This document shows, in pieces, positions 18,535 to 28,433 of a stretch of DNA of 64,000 bases. The position numbers and the translations under genes were made by a program. Source of the DNA: Promethearchaeota archaeon. GTDB taxonomy: Archaea; Asgardarchaeota; Lokiarchaeia; Sigyniarchaeales; SOKP01. The number at the start of each line of letters is the position of its first letter. Positions within the stretch are counted from its first letter, which is position 1. The notes beneath the pieces are model-generated. The model worked only from the letters and a program-made list of their open reading frames with translations. It made no database searches and was not told where the DNA came from. The stretch spans positions 448,001-512,000 of the forward strand of contig JBHLOY010000002.1 in the NCBI GenBank assembly GCA_048939995.1. Reading direction: 5' to 3'.

Positions 18535-21447
18535 ATGACTGAGTACGAGTATAACTATATAAAATTTTTCGACGATGTTAGATCGTATGATGTAGGACTT
18601 GTAGGTGGGAAAAATAGCTCATTAGGTGAACTGCTTTCCTTTGGTATTCCTTGTCCTCTTGGTTTTGCCGTAACTGCGAAAGGGTATGATTATATATTAG
18701 AAACTAATTACTATAGAATAAAGGATGAGGAAATTTCACTTAAAGAATACATTAAAAGAAATATAGAAAAAATTTCTGACGAGTTAAAGAAAGAAGATAT
18801 TAAATCAATTAAAACAGTAGATAAATTTTGTGCGGATATTAGATATTCCATAGAACAAGCAAAAATTCCAGATAGCCTTGCAGATGAGATTTTAGATGCA
18901 TACCATAAACTTATTGAACGTATAGGAGAGGAAACTACGTTCGCAGTGAGAAGTTCCGCAACTGCTGAAGACTTGCCTGATGCTTCTTTTGCTGGTCAAC
19001 AAGACACTCATTTGAACATCTCAGGCGAAAATCAAATATTGGAATATATACTAAAAGACATGGCTTCTGTTTTTACAACTCGAGCCACCATGTATCGAGA
19101 AAGAGCCAATTTCGATCATTTTTCAGTTAAATTGAGTGTAGGAGTTCAGGAGATGGCTGGAGGGCTAGATGGCGTTAAAGCATCAGGAGTTATGTTTACA
19201 GAAGATCCAGATTCCGGAAATCCGAATGTAGTAGTAATAAGAGGTACTTTTGGTCTTGGAGAACTTATTGTACAGGGTGTTGAGAAAGGGGATGAATTTA
19301 TTGTATTTAAGCATGGTCCAAGATTAAGAATCATTAGTCGTAGTTTAGTTAAAAAAGAAAAAATGATGGTTTTTGATAAAGATAAGGGTGGCACTCTAAC
19401 TGTTCCAATTGAGAAAGAACAGCAAGAGAAATTTTGTTTAAATGATGAACAAATCAGAATTCTGGCAGAGTTTGCAATTAAAATCCGTAACCATTATGAA
19501 ACACCAATGGATATTGAGTGGGCTCTTGGAAATAATGGAAAAGTATACATTGTCCAAGCAAGACCAGAAACCGTTCATTCTCAGAAGGGAGATATAGAGG
19601 AAATTTTCTACTTATTAGAAGACCCCCAAAAATTGATTAATGATGGATATTTAATAGAAAATTCTGGGACTGCTATTGGGCGTAGAATTGGTTATGGTCA
19701 GATAAAAGTTATTGAATCAATAGATCAGGCACATAAATTGGAAGAAGGAGATATCTTGATTACCACTGAAACTAATCCTGACTGGACAAGTTATATGGCT
19801 AATTTAGGAGGGGTTCTTACTGAGAGGGGTGGCCCAACCTGCCATGCGGCAATAGTTTCGAGGGAATTAAATATTGCATCAATTGTGGGAGCAGATAATA
19901 TTATAGAAGTAATTAAAGAAATAAAACGTGAAAAATCACTAGATACTGTTACGATAGACTGTAGTGAAGGCACTCCAAGAATTTGGACTAAAGAAGTTGA
20001 ATACGATTTTGATATCATCGAATTTGCAAAACTTCCTCACACGAAAACCCAAGTATTAGTAAATTTAGGGATTCCTAAAGGAGCATTGTCCTCTGGGAAA
20101 TATCCAGATGGAACAGGATTAGCTAGATTAGAGTTTATTATTAATGATGAAATTCAAATTCATCCAAATGCTCTTATAGACTTTGATAGTCTAATAATGA
20201 GATATGATATCCTTTTAGAGCAACGAAAAAGGATTGAAAGTATTAAAAAGAGTGATCTCCATCATAAGGATGCATTTAATCAACAAATCAAACGTTTAAA
20301 AGAAACTCTTGAAAAAATTAGAGTTTTAACAATTGGTTATGATGATAAAGAAGAATTTTATATTGAAAAATTAGCAGAAGGAATTGCCACGATTGCAGCG
20401 GGAGTATGGAAAACTCTTCCAGATGGCACTATAGCACCCTGCATTGTAAGGCTCTCTGATTTCAAAACTAATGAATACCAAAATTTGCTCGGCGGGTGGA
20501 TTTATGAGAGTGAAGAAAACAATCCTATGCTTGGATTCCGCGGAGCATCACGTTACGTTTCAAATGACTTTCAAAATGCTTTTATCTTAGAATTAAAAGC
20601 AATCTTAAAAGCACGTGAATGGGGGTTAATAAATATTATTCCAATGATACCTTTTTGTAGAAGTCCTGAAGAAGCCAAAAAGATTCAAGAAATAATGATT
20701 AAAGAAGGATTTGAAAGAAAAAAAGACGGACTCCAGATTTACTGCATGGCTGAAATACCTTCGAATATTTTTTGTGCTGATATTTTTTGTAAATATTATG
20801 ATGGATTTTCTATAGGCTCCAATGACTTAACCCAATTAATTTATGGTGTTGGAAGAGATAATGAAAAATTAATTCCATTATCTAAAGAATATAATTATGA
20901 GACAAATAGTGAAGCAATAAGAAGAGCCATAAGTCATCTAATTAAAGTTGCTCATCAAAATGGTAAAAAGGTTGGAATTTGTGGTCAAGCTCCCAGTGAT
21001 GATCCTGACTTTCTAAGATTTTTAGTACGAGAGAACATTGATTCTATTTCTTTAAATTTTGATACATATGCGCGGGGGAGAATAAATACTTATAGAACAG
21101 AGATAATAGAATCAAAATTAAAATCAGAAGATAAAGCAAAAGCTTATGATTTACTAGATGCATCTGATAAATTAATCGAAAACCTTAGAATACCTCGAGG
21201 AAAATTAAGGAATATGGTTCGGAAGCAACTTAAAGATGTAAATGTTGAACTTCAAGAAACTACCACTAAATTTGATCAAATTTTTAAAGATTTATCCGAC
21301 ATTTCAAATGATTTCATTAATGAGATCAATAAAGAGCAAATCGATAATTTTGGTAATATTTATGAACATTATTATCTCAAGATTAAAGAACTTGAAGTTT
21401 TAATACCTAATCTTAACAAGAAGATAAGAATTTTTGGTATCTTTTAA
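18535..21447 (+). CDS. ppsA: Phosphoenolpyruvate synthase (pyruvate, water dikinase)
   Basis: VGGKNSSLGE, AVRSSATAEDLPDASFAGQQDT, CHAAIVSRE phospho-His, GFSIGSNDLTQ, GICGQAPSD. Confidence 0.96.
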   Translation: MTEYEYNYIKFFDDVRSYDVGLVGGKNSSLGELLSFGIPCPLGFAVTAKGYDYILETNYYRIKDEEISLKEYIKRNIEKISDELKKEDIKSIKTVDKFCADIRYSIEQAKIPDSLADEILDAYHKLIERIGEETTFAVRSSATAEDLPDASFAGQQDTHLNISGENQILEYILKDMASVFTTRATMYRERANFDHFSVKLSVGVQEMAGGLDGVKASGVMFTEDPDSGNPNVVVIRGTFGLGELIVQGVEKGDEFIVFKHGPRLRIISRSLVKKEKMMVFDKDKGGTLTVPIEKEQQEKFCLNDEQIRILAEFAIKIRNHYETPMDIEWALGNNGKVYIVQARPETVHSQKGDIEEIFYLLEDPQKLINDGYLIENSGTAIGRRIGYGQIKVIESIDQAHKLEEGDILITTETNPDWTSYMANLGGVLTERGGPTCHAAIVSRELNIASIVGADNIIEVIKEIKREKSLDTVTIDCSEGTPRIWTKEVEYDFDIIEFAKLPHTKTQVLVNLGIPKGALSSGKYPDGTGLARLEFIINDEIQIHPNALIDFDSLIMRYDILLEQRKRIESIKKSDLHHKDAFNQQIKRLKETLEKIRVLTIGYDDKEEFYIEKLAEGIATIAAGVWKTLPDGTIAPCIVRLSDFKTNEYQNLLGGWIYESEENNPMLGFRGASRYVSNDFQNAFILELKAILKAREWGLINIIPMIPFCRSPEEAKKIQEIMIKEGFERKKDGLQIYCMAEIPSNIFCADIFCKYYDGFSIGSNDLTQLIYGVGRDNEKLIPLSKEYNYETNSEAIRRAISHLIKVAHQNGKKVGICGQAPSDDPDFLRFLVRENIDSISLNFDTYARGRINTYRTEIIESKLKSEDKAKAYDLLDASDKLIENLRIPRGKLRNMVRKQLKDVNVELQETTTKFDQIFKDLSDISNDFINEINKEQIDNFGNIYEHYYLKIKELEVLIPNLNKKIRIFGIF

Positions 21448-21473
21448 ATAAAGTTTAATTAGTTGTATTTTTA

Positions 21474-21770
21474 TTATACATCCTTTATCTTTTCTAAGAT
21501 CGAAAGAATTCTATAGATTGTGGTCCGACTGTGAAAGGGAAGATTCGGATCGAGAGTCAGATCGTCAAACCAATACATAAGATTACTCGCAATTACTGCA
21601 GGTGATTCGTCTTCTCGTGTCAACTCCCCAATACCTCTCTGAGCAATCCTTTTAATATTTCTAGGGACAGCTCTATCACCCAACATACCTTCAAGCAATT
21701 TTATGACATTATTAAAAGCCTTCTGAACTTCCTCATTCACTTTCTTTTTGGACAAGGGGAATTTCACCAT
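21474..21770 (-). CDS. UPF0147 family protein
   Basis: DRAVPRNIKR, DPNLPFHSRTTIY archaeal signature. Confidence 0.85.
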   Translation of the reverse strand: MVKFPLSKKKVNEEVQKAFNNVIKLLEGMLGDRAVPRNIKRIAQRGIGELTREDESPAVIASNLMYWFDDLTLDPNLPFHSRTTIYRILSILEKIKDV

Positions 21771-21966
21771 TCCAATGATTCTAGTTATAAAAAAATAAAA
21801 TTAGACTATGTTTTGTTAAAATTATAATAAAATTTAATTTTTCCGATTCTAAACCTTTTTTAAGATTAAGAGAGTTTATTATTTTATAGGTTAAAATTTA
21901 AATGATTAATAAATATTATTAATACGATTTTGATATAATAAAGCTGTAAAAATTTCAGAATTAAGT

Positions 21967-23016
21967 ATGACAGAACAAATTATTTCAATAATATTATATG
22001 CCCAACTTGATGACGAATTGGGACCAAACCCTTTAGTTTGGTTGCCGGAAGCGTATGCACCAAATGAGATAATGCATATCGTAATTAAGGTAATTACTGT
22101 ACTTTCTGGTGAACAAGGTTTAATTCCCGAATCACTAGTTATTCTTCCCTTTCCATCTTTAAGGTTAAAAGGATTAATCAAATACCTTAAATGGAATGAT
22201 GAAAGTAGGCGAGGTGGGATAGGGCAATCGGCAATAGCATTACTATTTAAAGAAATGGATGATGTTATTTTTTATAAATATATGGATCAACTTAATTCTC
22301 CTTTCAATGATATCGCTCTCAAATTAGTTGATTTTGAAACAAATAAAGCCTCTAAAGAGAATTATACAGAGTTGTTAAAAACTTTTAATACAGATTTGAC
22401 AAATTTATTAGAAGAGCTTAAAAGTAAAGAACTTTCACAAGTTAAAGAAAAAGAATTCCCAGAACAAAAATTGAAAGAAGCAGGACTTATTGATTATAAG
22501 TTTAAAATTGCGATTGTTGGAGATCCTGGAGTTGGTAAAACATCTCTTATTCTAAGGTATACAAATAATGCATTCAGGAGACAATATCTCCCAACATTAG
22601 GTGTGGTAGTCTCAGATAAAGTTTTTAATGTAGAGGATTCAACAATCCAATTAGTTTTATGGGATATTGCTGGTCAGGTGAAATTTGAAACAATGCGACA
22701 ACAATTTTATCTTGGATCTGATGCTATCTTGTTAGTTTTTGACTTAACTAATAGAAAATCTTTTGAGAATATATCTGACTGGTATTTGGATATTAAGAAA
22801 CAATTAAAAACATCTAGAGATTTGATTGGTTTTATTGTTGGAAATAAAAATGATTTAGTAAATGATATAAAAATTGATTCAAGTAAAGCTAAGGAATTAG
22901 CTGCTTTTCGCAATTTAGATTATATTGAAACTAGTGCTCTGAGTGGTGAGAATGTTGATCTTGCATTTAATAAACTTGCCGAAAGGCTTTATGAAAAATT
23001 TAAAATCTTAAAATAA
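21967..23016 (+). CDS. Rab-like small GTPase with N-terminal uDENN/longin-like domain
   Basis: LDDELGPNP; GDPGVGKTS, PTLG, WDIAGQ, NKND, ETSALSG; RQQFYLGS Rab-type switch region. Confidence 0.88.
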   Translation: MTEQIISIILYAQLDDELGPNPLVWLPEAYAPNEIMHIVIKVITVLSGEQGLIPESLVILPFPSLRLKGLIKYLKWNDESRRGGIGQSAIALLFKEMDDVIFYKYMDQLNSPFNDIALKLVDFETNKASKENYTELLKTFNTDLTNLLEELKSKELSQVKEKEFPEQKLKEAGLIDYKFKIAIVGDPGVGKTSLILRYTNNAFRRQYLPTLGVVVSDKVFNVEDSTIQLVLWDIAGQVKFETMRQQFYLGSDAILLVFDLTNRKSFENISDWYLDIKKQLKTSRDLIGFIVGNKNDLVNDIKIDSSKAKELAAFRNLDYIETSALSGENVDLAFNKLAERLYEKFKILK

Positions 23017-23103
23017 TTAAGAAAATGTTCAGATTCTCGGAAATTTTAAAAATTTCTCAATCTTTATCAAAATAATTTTAGAAATGATGAAACAACTTTT
23101 AAA

Positions 23104-24351
23104 ATGAAAAAAAAACTCATTATTATTGCACTAATTATTACAATTATCGTAATTTCAGCAGGGGTAACCTCTTTTTTAATCATTAATTATCTATATCATA
23201 AATCTTCATTCGATTCAAGAATCCAAAATCTTATGTCAGAATATAATATTCCCTCATTAATGGGAGGTATAGTTGTGAATGATAGTCTTATATGGGTCTC
23301 TGGATATGGAGAGCAACCATCCATAGACACGGTATATATGATTGGATCAATAACTAAAACATTTACCGCTACAGCCATACTACAACTTAATGAAAGCGGT
23401 TTTCTTAATTTAAATAATGATATTAACAATTATTTACCTTTTAATGTAAGAAATCCAGATTACCCAAGTAGAGTTATAACTCCATATATGCTTTTAACAC
23501 ATACAGCAGGGTTACCAAGAAATTTATATTGGTCTCTTGAATTTTACTTTGATAATCAAACAATTGATTGGATTAACGAGAATTTAGATTTAGGAGGGGG
23601 GGACATAATTAAATTTGATGATCGCCCTTCATTAGGGGAGTTCTTAAATGAAAGTTTAAATCTCAATGGAGATTATTATGATTCACTTAACTGGCAAAGT
23701 AGACCTGGATCAGAATTTTGGTATTCAAATGCAGGTTTTCAATTACTTGGGTATTTGATTGAAGAGATTTCAAATCAATCCTATATAGATTATATTCAAG
23801 AAAATATCTGCGAGCCGTTAAACATGACCAATACTGGAGAATATTACACAGATTTTGGTGAAAACAATGCGATACCTTATGAACGACATAATGGTACAAA
23901 CATGGAGTATCTTATTTACAATATTAACGTTACTGGAGCTGGTAATTTAAGGAGTACAATTAAAGATATGACAAATTATTTAATTACATTTATGAATGAT
24001 GGAAGATTTAATGGGAACCAGATACTAAGTGCTCAATCAGTTAATTTGATGCATTATAATCACATTCCACTCAGTGGAACTTCAACAGAAGGATTTGCTA
24101 TTAATGGCTATGGATTTGGATGGTCTCTTTTCTCTGATAATATTAAAGGTCATAATGGAGCTATTCCTGGCTTTAGTGCTAATATGTATTTTAAAGAAAC
24201 TGATGAAGGTTCATTTGGGGTAATTTTGATGTTTAATCGAGGCTCTGCTTTTGTATCTGACAATGAATTAATAAACAGCTTTATACCACAAATTAATGCC
24301 CTTTTTTTTGAAGAAGCGGAGAACTTATTTCAAGAAAGTCTTTCCTATTGA
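23104..24351 (+). CDS. Serine hydrolase, beta-lactamase/PBP family, N-terminally anchored
   Basis: SITK, LLTHTAG, YSN, GHNG motifs. Confidence 0.9.
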   Translation: MKKKLIIIALIITIIVISAGVTSFLIINYLYHKSSFDSRIQNLMSEYNIPSLMGGIVVNDSLIWVSGYGEQPSIDTVYMIGSITKTFTATAILQLNESGFLNLNNDINNYLPFNVRNPDYPSRVITPYMLLTHTAGLPRNLYWSLEFYFDNQTIDWINENLDLGGGDIIKFDDRPSLGEFLNESLNLNGDYYDSLNWQSRPGSEFWYSNAGFQLLGYLIEEISNQSYIDYIQENICEPLNMTNTGEYYTDFGENNAIPYERHNGTNMEYLIYNINVTGAGNLRSTIKDMTNYLITFMNDGRFNGNQILSAQSVNLMHYNHIPLSGTSTEGFAINGYGFGWSLFSDNIKGHNGAIPGFSANMYFKETDEGSFGVILMFNRGSAFVSDNELINSFIPQINALFFEEAENLFQESLSY

Positions 24352-24432
24352 ATCATTCTTCAAATTTATTTGAAGAAATCTTCGTGAAAGCTGAGTTTCA
24401 CGAATTATTATATATAGTAGAGAATGATTCAA
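24348..24432. repeat. Nested inverted repeats (potential multibranch hairpin)
   Basis: ttgaatcattct(24348-59)/agaatgattcaa(24421-32); ttcttcaaat(24356-65)/atttgaagaa(24368-77); ttcgtgaaa(24381-89)/tttcacgaa(24396-404). Confidence 0.6.
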
Positions 24433-24548
24433 CCAGTTAATATACTTCATAGTTTAATTCTTGATTTCTTTTTACCCAAATATAAATAATCAAAACATTT
24501 TATGTATTTATTAGTTAAATTAACCCAAACATTTCACTTTGGAAAGTA

Positions 24549-25625
24549 ATGTCAAATAAAGAGTTTATAAATGCAATTATTTATACAGATATACACGATG
24601 AACTGGGACCGAACCCTGTTCATTGGTATCCTGCTGATCTCTCTGAAAATATACGCATGTTGGTTAGCATTAAGGCTGTTACATTACTTTCTGGAAGCTA
24701 TGGGTATGTACCTGACTCTTTAATCATCTTCCCATTCCCTTCTATTAAACTAAAAGGGATTGTAAAATATATTGAGAGAGCAAATGATAGGAGAAGAGGA
24801 AAGTCAGCTCGATCAGCAATCACCTTCTTATTTAAAGAAGTAGATGATTTACTTTTCTATAAGTATATAAGTTATCTTGAGACTTTGTTTACAAATGCAT
24901 CGAGAAAAATTATTGATCTAGAGAAATCCAATGCAGATGTTTTTCAAATTGATCGAGAGATTTTTCAAGAAATCGATCATCTAAGAGGAAATATACTTGA
25001 ATTACTTGAAGAATTACGAAAAAAGGAATTAAGATTAGAAGAGTTTCCCGACGCAGCCAAAGAGAAGGAAATTAAAGCGGATTATAAATTTAAATTAGTT
25101 GTGGTAGGAGACCCAGGTGTAGGTAAAACATCAACCATCTTAAGATTTACTGATAATGCGTTCAGTAGAGTGTATCTTGCAACGGCAGGTACCAATATAT
25201 CTGATAAAAGTTTTCAAGTTGATAGGAATTTCGTAGAATTGATTATATGGGATATAGCAGGTCAAGCTAAATTCGGTACAATGAGGAAACACTTTTATCA
25301 AGGCGCTAATGGTGTTATCTTAATTTATGATCTAACTAATCCTAAAAGTTTCGAAAGTATCTCCGCATGGTATAAGGATATAAGAAATCATGTAGGTAAA
25401 AAAGCATCTTTAGTAGGATATATATTTGGAAATAAGCTTGATCTAATAGAAGAGAGAAAAGTAAAAACTAAAACCGCTCAAAAACTAGCAAACGCTTTAA
25501 ATCTTAATTATATTGAAATTTCTGCTCTAACGGGGCAAAATGTTGAGAATTCATTTTACAACATGGCTAAAAGATTAATACAACTAAAGAAAAATCATTC
25601 TAACGAGATACTCTTTCCTTCTTGA
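24549..25625 (+). CDS. Rab-like small GTPase with N-terminal uDENN/longin-like domain (paralog of 21967..23016)
   Basis: IHDELGPNP; GDPGVGKTS, WDIAGQ, RKHFYQGA, NKLD, EISALTG. Confidence 0.88.
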   Translation: MSNKEFINAIIYTDIHDELGPNPVHWYPADLSENIRMLVSIKAVTLLSGSYGYVPDSLIIFPFPSIKLKGIVKYIERANDRRRGKSARSAITFLFKEVDDLLFYKYISYLETLFTNASRKIIDLEKSNADVFQIDREIFQEIDHLRGNILELLEELRKKELRLEEFPDAAKEKEIKADYKFKLVVVGDPGVGKTSTILRFTDNAFSRVYLATAGTNISDKSFQVDRNFVELIIWDIAGQAKFGTMRKHFYQGANGVILIYDLTNPKSFESISAWYKDIRNHVGKKASLVGYIFGNKLDLIEERKVKTKTAQKLANALNLNYIEISALTGQNVENSFYNMAKRLIQLKKNHSNEILFPS

Positions 25626-26194
25626 TATCCAATTCCTATTGATTTGCCAATCGTATAATATTTGTTATCTAAGGCATAGATTATTGGATCTAATTTGATC
25701 ATGTCAGCTATACTTTTACGTCCCTCATTTTCAATAACAAATTCTTGATTTACATAAGTTTGTATAACATCTCCAATAAAAATTTGGCGATGCTGTATCG
25801 AAAATTCTTTTACTACTTTGCATTCTAAATTGACTGGACATTCTTTAATCAAGGGAACTGTATCCAGTTCTCCAAAAAACACTTCAAAAAGCAATGATTT
25901 ATCTACTTCTGAACCAGATACAATTCCACAATAGTCTACTTTAGCAAGCAGACTTGTTGATGGAAAATTAATACTAAATGCCCCATGTTCGATAATGCCT
26001 TGATTTGTAAAATGATCTTGACCAGAAGATACATAAACTAAAGGTGGATTTATTCCCATAATTCCAACATCTCCAAGAGTTTCAAAATTAGGTTTTCCTT
26101 TAACAATAGATCCTACCAATACAATAGGGATGGGATATATTAACGGATATTTTCCTAATTTTACTTTCTTTATTTCTATATTTTTAGATTTCAT
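25595..26194 (-). CDS. Flavin reductase family (flavoredoxin-like) protein
   Basis: YPIPIVLVG, DYCGIVSG, PLIKECPVNLEC. Confidence 0.88.
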   Translation of the reverse strand: MKSKNIEIKKVKLGKYPLIYPIPIVLVGSIVKGKPNFETLGDVGIMGINPPLVYVSSGQDHFTNQGIIEHGAFSINFPSTSLLAKVDYCGIVSGSEVDKSLLFEVFFGELDTVPLIKECPVNLECKVVKEFSIQHRQIFIGDVIQTYVNQEFVIENEGRKSIADMIKLDPIIYALDNKYYTIGKSIGIGYQEGKSISLE

Positions 26195-26339
26195 TAGAAT
26201 AACTTAATTATTTTGTAGCTATGAATTTCTGAAAATTTATAAATATTTCAAATCGCAATAGCATTTAAACTGAATCAAATTCGAATAAGAGGATTTATTG
26301 ATTTTTAGATGAAATAATTTTATGACTCTTAATTTTAAC

Positions 26340-27641
26340 TTATACTTTCTTTTTTTTTCTTTTATACCTTATAAGAAATACAGATACGACTATTAACACG
26401 TTTAAAGCTAAAAGAACAGTAATTAGAATGATTAAATTATAGTAAATCGGAATACATAAGCCTTCAAATGTTTTAGGGTTTTTCATTAAAATAGCATCAG
26501 ACAGGGGCTTCATGCTACCAAGCTCAAAAAGCACATATCCTGAAAGATATATGTTTCCTACAGAATCTATTGCTATGTCAGAACAAGAGGCAAAAACACA
26601 TCCGGTACACCGTTTTTCCCACATAAAATCTCCAGATGAATTTACTTTCTCTAAATAAATTGCACTAGCCCAACCACAACCACCAAACAAAGTATTATCA
26701 TAACACGGAATTTCTCTATTTTCAGCTATATATATATTGTTTAGAGAATCTATACTAAGTCCAGGTGTATTTACTGAATTTGAAGGTAATGTAAAATTCC
26801 ATAAAGAAAAACCATTAGGATTCAATTTTAATAACTTATTTCCACTCGCAACAAGAATATTTCCATTAAAATCTAATGTTAAATCATGCTTATAATAGGC
26901 TTTCCAGGTATAATTCCATTCACAATATCCAGTAGAGTTAAATTTAATCAATATAGAATTATAATTATTAAACCCTGTGACATATATATAATCGTTAGAG
27001 TCAATAGTAATAGCGGTATATTCATATGACTTATTCTCTCCCCATGTATGGTTCCATAATATTGATCCAGAATTATTAAGTTTTACAAGGCGAGAATTCT
27101 CTTTGAAACCTACTAGGTAAAGGTTACCTAATGAATCACTATCCATATCATAACTTTTTTGCCCTTCAGAGTCTTTTAAAGTTTTATTCCAAATTTGATT
27201 TCCAATAGGATCGTACTTTAAAAGAGTAATATTTAAATATGGAATTCCCAGAATAGTAAAGGTTCCTAATAGATAGATATCATTATAAGCATCAATTTTT
27301 ATTTTCTGATAACCATCCCAAGCTATACCATTATAATTCAAAGGGACTTCCCATTCTAGGCTTCCTGAGTTATTAAGTTTCGTAAGAAAATAATCATAGC
27401 TAAGATTTTTTGAATCAAATATATCTCTTAATATGTAAATTTTATTGAATTGGTCAGTAGCAATACTATTAACTGATGCCATATTATTAACTGAACCTAT
27501 GTTTCCTTCCCAGAATTTTGTCCATGGAGGTTCTTCACTAATATAATCATCAGAAGAGAAAACTGGGTTAAATAATGATATAAAATTAGTTAGAAACAAT
27601 TGGAGGATTATTATTGAAGATGCAGTTTTCCGAAATTTCAT
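26340..27641 (-). CDS. SBBP-repeat beta-propeller surface protein, C-terminally anchored
   Basis: Repeated DSxGNxYxxG / KxNSSG..W units; signal peptide; C-terminal TM plus KRKKKK. Confidence 0.75.
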   Translation of the reverse strand: MKFRKTASSIIILQLFLTNFISLFNPVFSSDDYISEEPPWTKFWEGNIGSVNNMASVNSIATDQFNKIYILRDIFDSKNLSYDYFLTKLNNSGSLEWEVPLNYNGIAWDGYQKIKIDAYNDIYLLGTFTILGIPYLNITLLKYDPIGNQIWNKTLKDSEGQKSYDMDSDSLGNLYLVGFKENSRLVKLNNSGSILWNHTWGENKSYEYTAITIDSNDYIYVTGFNNYNSILIKFNSTGYCEWNYTWKAYYKHDLTLDFNGNILVASGNKLLKLNPNGFSLWNFTLPSNSVNTPGLSIDSLNNIYIAENREIPCYDNTLFGGCGWASAIYLEKVNSSGDFMWEKRCTGCVFASCSDIAIDSVGNIYLSGYVLFELGSMKPLSDAILMKNPKTFEGLCIPIYYNLIILITVLLALNVLIVVSVFLIRYKRKKKKV

Positions 27642-27765
27642 ATTTTTATCTTTTATGACTATTTATCTAAAGATCAACTATTATTATGAAATTTATATAT
27701 CTTTGGAGAGAATTATTTGTAAATAGTGAAATTATTTAAAATATACAATTGCTTATATTAATAAG

Positions 27766-28335
27766 ATGGAAATTGAAAAAGCGATATATTCAAGACGAAC
27801 TATCCGTCGATTTAAACAAGATCCAATTCCAATAGAACTTTTAAAGAAATTAATTGATTATGCGAGACTAGCTCCAGCAGGTATGAATATTCAAGGTTTG
27901 GAATACATAATTATATCTGACACAGAGATGAGAAATAAGTTATTTCCTTTATTAAGATGGGCAGCTTTATTACCTGAAGATGATCGAACCCCAGAAGTTG
28001 GAAGACGACCCACTGCTTATATTATAGTTCTTGGAAATACTAAAATTAAAAGAAATGTAGATATCGATGTTGGTGCTGCTATTGAGAACATTTTATTGGG
28101 AGCCCTAAATTATGGTATAGGAAGCTGCTGGATGGGTTCAATAGACAGGGATAAAATTCGTGAACTATTTAATGTTCCGGATCAATATCTAATCAAATAT
28201 GTAATTAGCCTAGGATTTTCCGATGAAGAATCTGTTACTGAACCTTTTACTGGTAGCTTTAAATATTGGAAAGAACAGAATACAATGCATATCCCTAAAA
28301 GGGATTTAGACAAAATAATATTCAAAATTTTTTGA
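27766..28335 (+). CDS. Nitroreductase family protein
   Basis: SRRTIRRF, APAGMNIQ, GIGSCWMG. Confidence 0.9.
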   Translation: MEIEKAIYSRRTIRRFKQDPIPIELLKKLIDYARLAPAGMNIQGLEYIIISDTEMRNKLFPLLRWAALLPEDDRTPEVGRRPTAYIIVLGNTKIKRNVDIDVGAAIENILLGALNYGIGSCWMGSIDRDKIRELFNVPDQYLIKYVISLGFSDEESVTEPFTGSFKYWKEQNTMHIPKRDLDKIIFKIF

Positions 28336-28433
28336 GAGAAAGATCTTGGCTCTTATTTCTCTCTAAACCTTTATAAGTAAATAAATCGATATTTTTACTA
28401 TTAGTTATAAACGAATTCCATAGGTGATATTAT

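Noticed and set aside
23040-23056. gaaattttaaaaatttc palindrome after the first Rab-like gene
   Set aside because: Low-complexity AT palindrome expected by chance at this base composition
24349-24432. TGA stop followed by a hairpin as possible selenocysteine recoding
   Set aside because: The hydrolase is complete before the TGA, readthrough adds only about 11 codons, and no SECIS consensus was recognised
25595-25625. Convergent gene overlaps (31 bp here; 18 bp at 6717-6734; 4 bp at 14148-14151)
   Set aside because: Common in compact AT-rich archaeal genomes; no evidence of regulatory meaning
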